Of a stretch of 64,000 nt of DNA, positions 63,947-64,000 are shown one piece after another. Position numbers and translations under genes: made by a program. Source of the DNA: Candidatus Hydrogenedentota bacterium (GTDB lineage Bacteria > Hydrogenedentota > Hydrogenedentia > Hydrogenedentales > CAITNO01); assembly GCA_012730045.1 (NCBI GenBank), contig JAAYBR010000143.1, forward strand, positions 26,785-90,784, read 5' to 3'. The notes under the pieces are model-generated. The model was not told the origin of the DNA. It saw nothing but the letters and a program-made list of their open reading frames with translations, and did no database searches. Numbering within the stretch: position 1 is the stretch's first letter; every line of letters starts with the position of its first letter.

Positions 63947-63969
63947 GGTTTTTCTCCTTCCAGGCCGCC

Positions 63970-64000
63970 TACTCGCGGCGCAGTGTCTTGACCAGTTCCA
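63970..64000 (-). CDS. 3' end of a minus-strand gene truncated by the window edge (...ELVKTLRRE*)
   Basis: An open frame runs into the window end with stop TAG (CTA at 63970-63972). Too short to assign. Confidence 0.3.

Overview
This is a high-GC (~68-70%), gene-dense bacterial chromosomal segment. I can support about 57 protein-coding genes, two tRNAs (tRNA-Ala CGC on the minus strand at 10443-10518, tRNA-Arg CCG on the plus strand at 12240-12316) and an unusually rich set of structured intergenic repeats. The coding content is mostly secreted or Tat-exported carbohydrate-active and sugar-oxidising enzymes (GH4 alpha-galactosidase, two Gfo/Idh/MocA oxidoreductases, pectate-lyase-like beta-helix protein, GH127-like protein, phosphodiester glycosidase, ROK kinase). 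There are also secreted HEAT-repeat and FG-GAP propeller proteins, and a type II secretion / type IV pilus-like machinery split into two modules (gspE-gspF on the minus strand at 21.5-24.4 kb; three pseudopilins including a giant GspK-like protein on the plus strand at 30.9-34.4 kb). An ECF sigma/anti-sigma pair and a block of housekeeping genes are present too (hemH, aat, hemW, lepB, queA, cls, dsbD, rsmI, lipB, clpX). The most novel-looking signals are non-coding. (1) A four-copy dispersed structured repeat of ~150-330 bp sits in intergenic regions; it could be an sRNA family, a MITE or a promoter-associated element. (2) A second family of very long perfect hairpins (32-bp stem) is present in two copies. 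(3) A compound palindromic and tandem-repeat block lies between queA and cls. (4) Several near-consensus sigma70-type promoters (TTGACA/TATAAT-like with 17-18 bp spacers) stand out against the GC-rich background. (5) Short periodic operator-like repeats occur upstream of two genes. A small SPFH - Arc-type RHH - membrane-protein operon and a zinc-ribbon/TPR gene pair are the most system-like coding candidates. I found no rRNA, integrase, transposase, reverse transcriptase or CRISPR array. Most long antisense ORFs in the six-frame track are GC-driven artefacts. CDS coordinates are anchored on the supplied ORF track, with starts re-chosen at internal ATG/GTG codons that have Shine-Dalgarno support. 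Coordinates of non-coding elements were read by eye and may be off by 1-2 nt. The phylum (the gene content is reminiscent of the PVC superphylum) is inference only.
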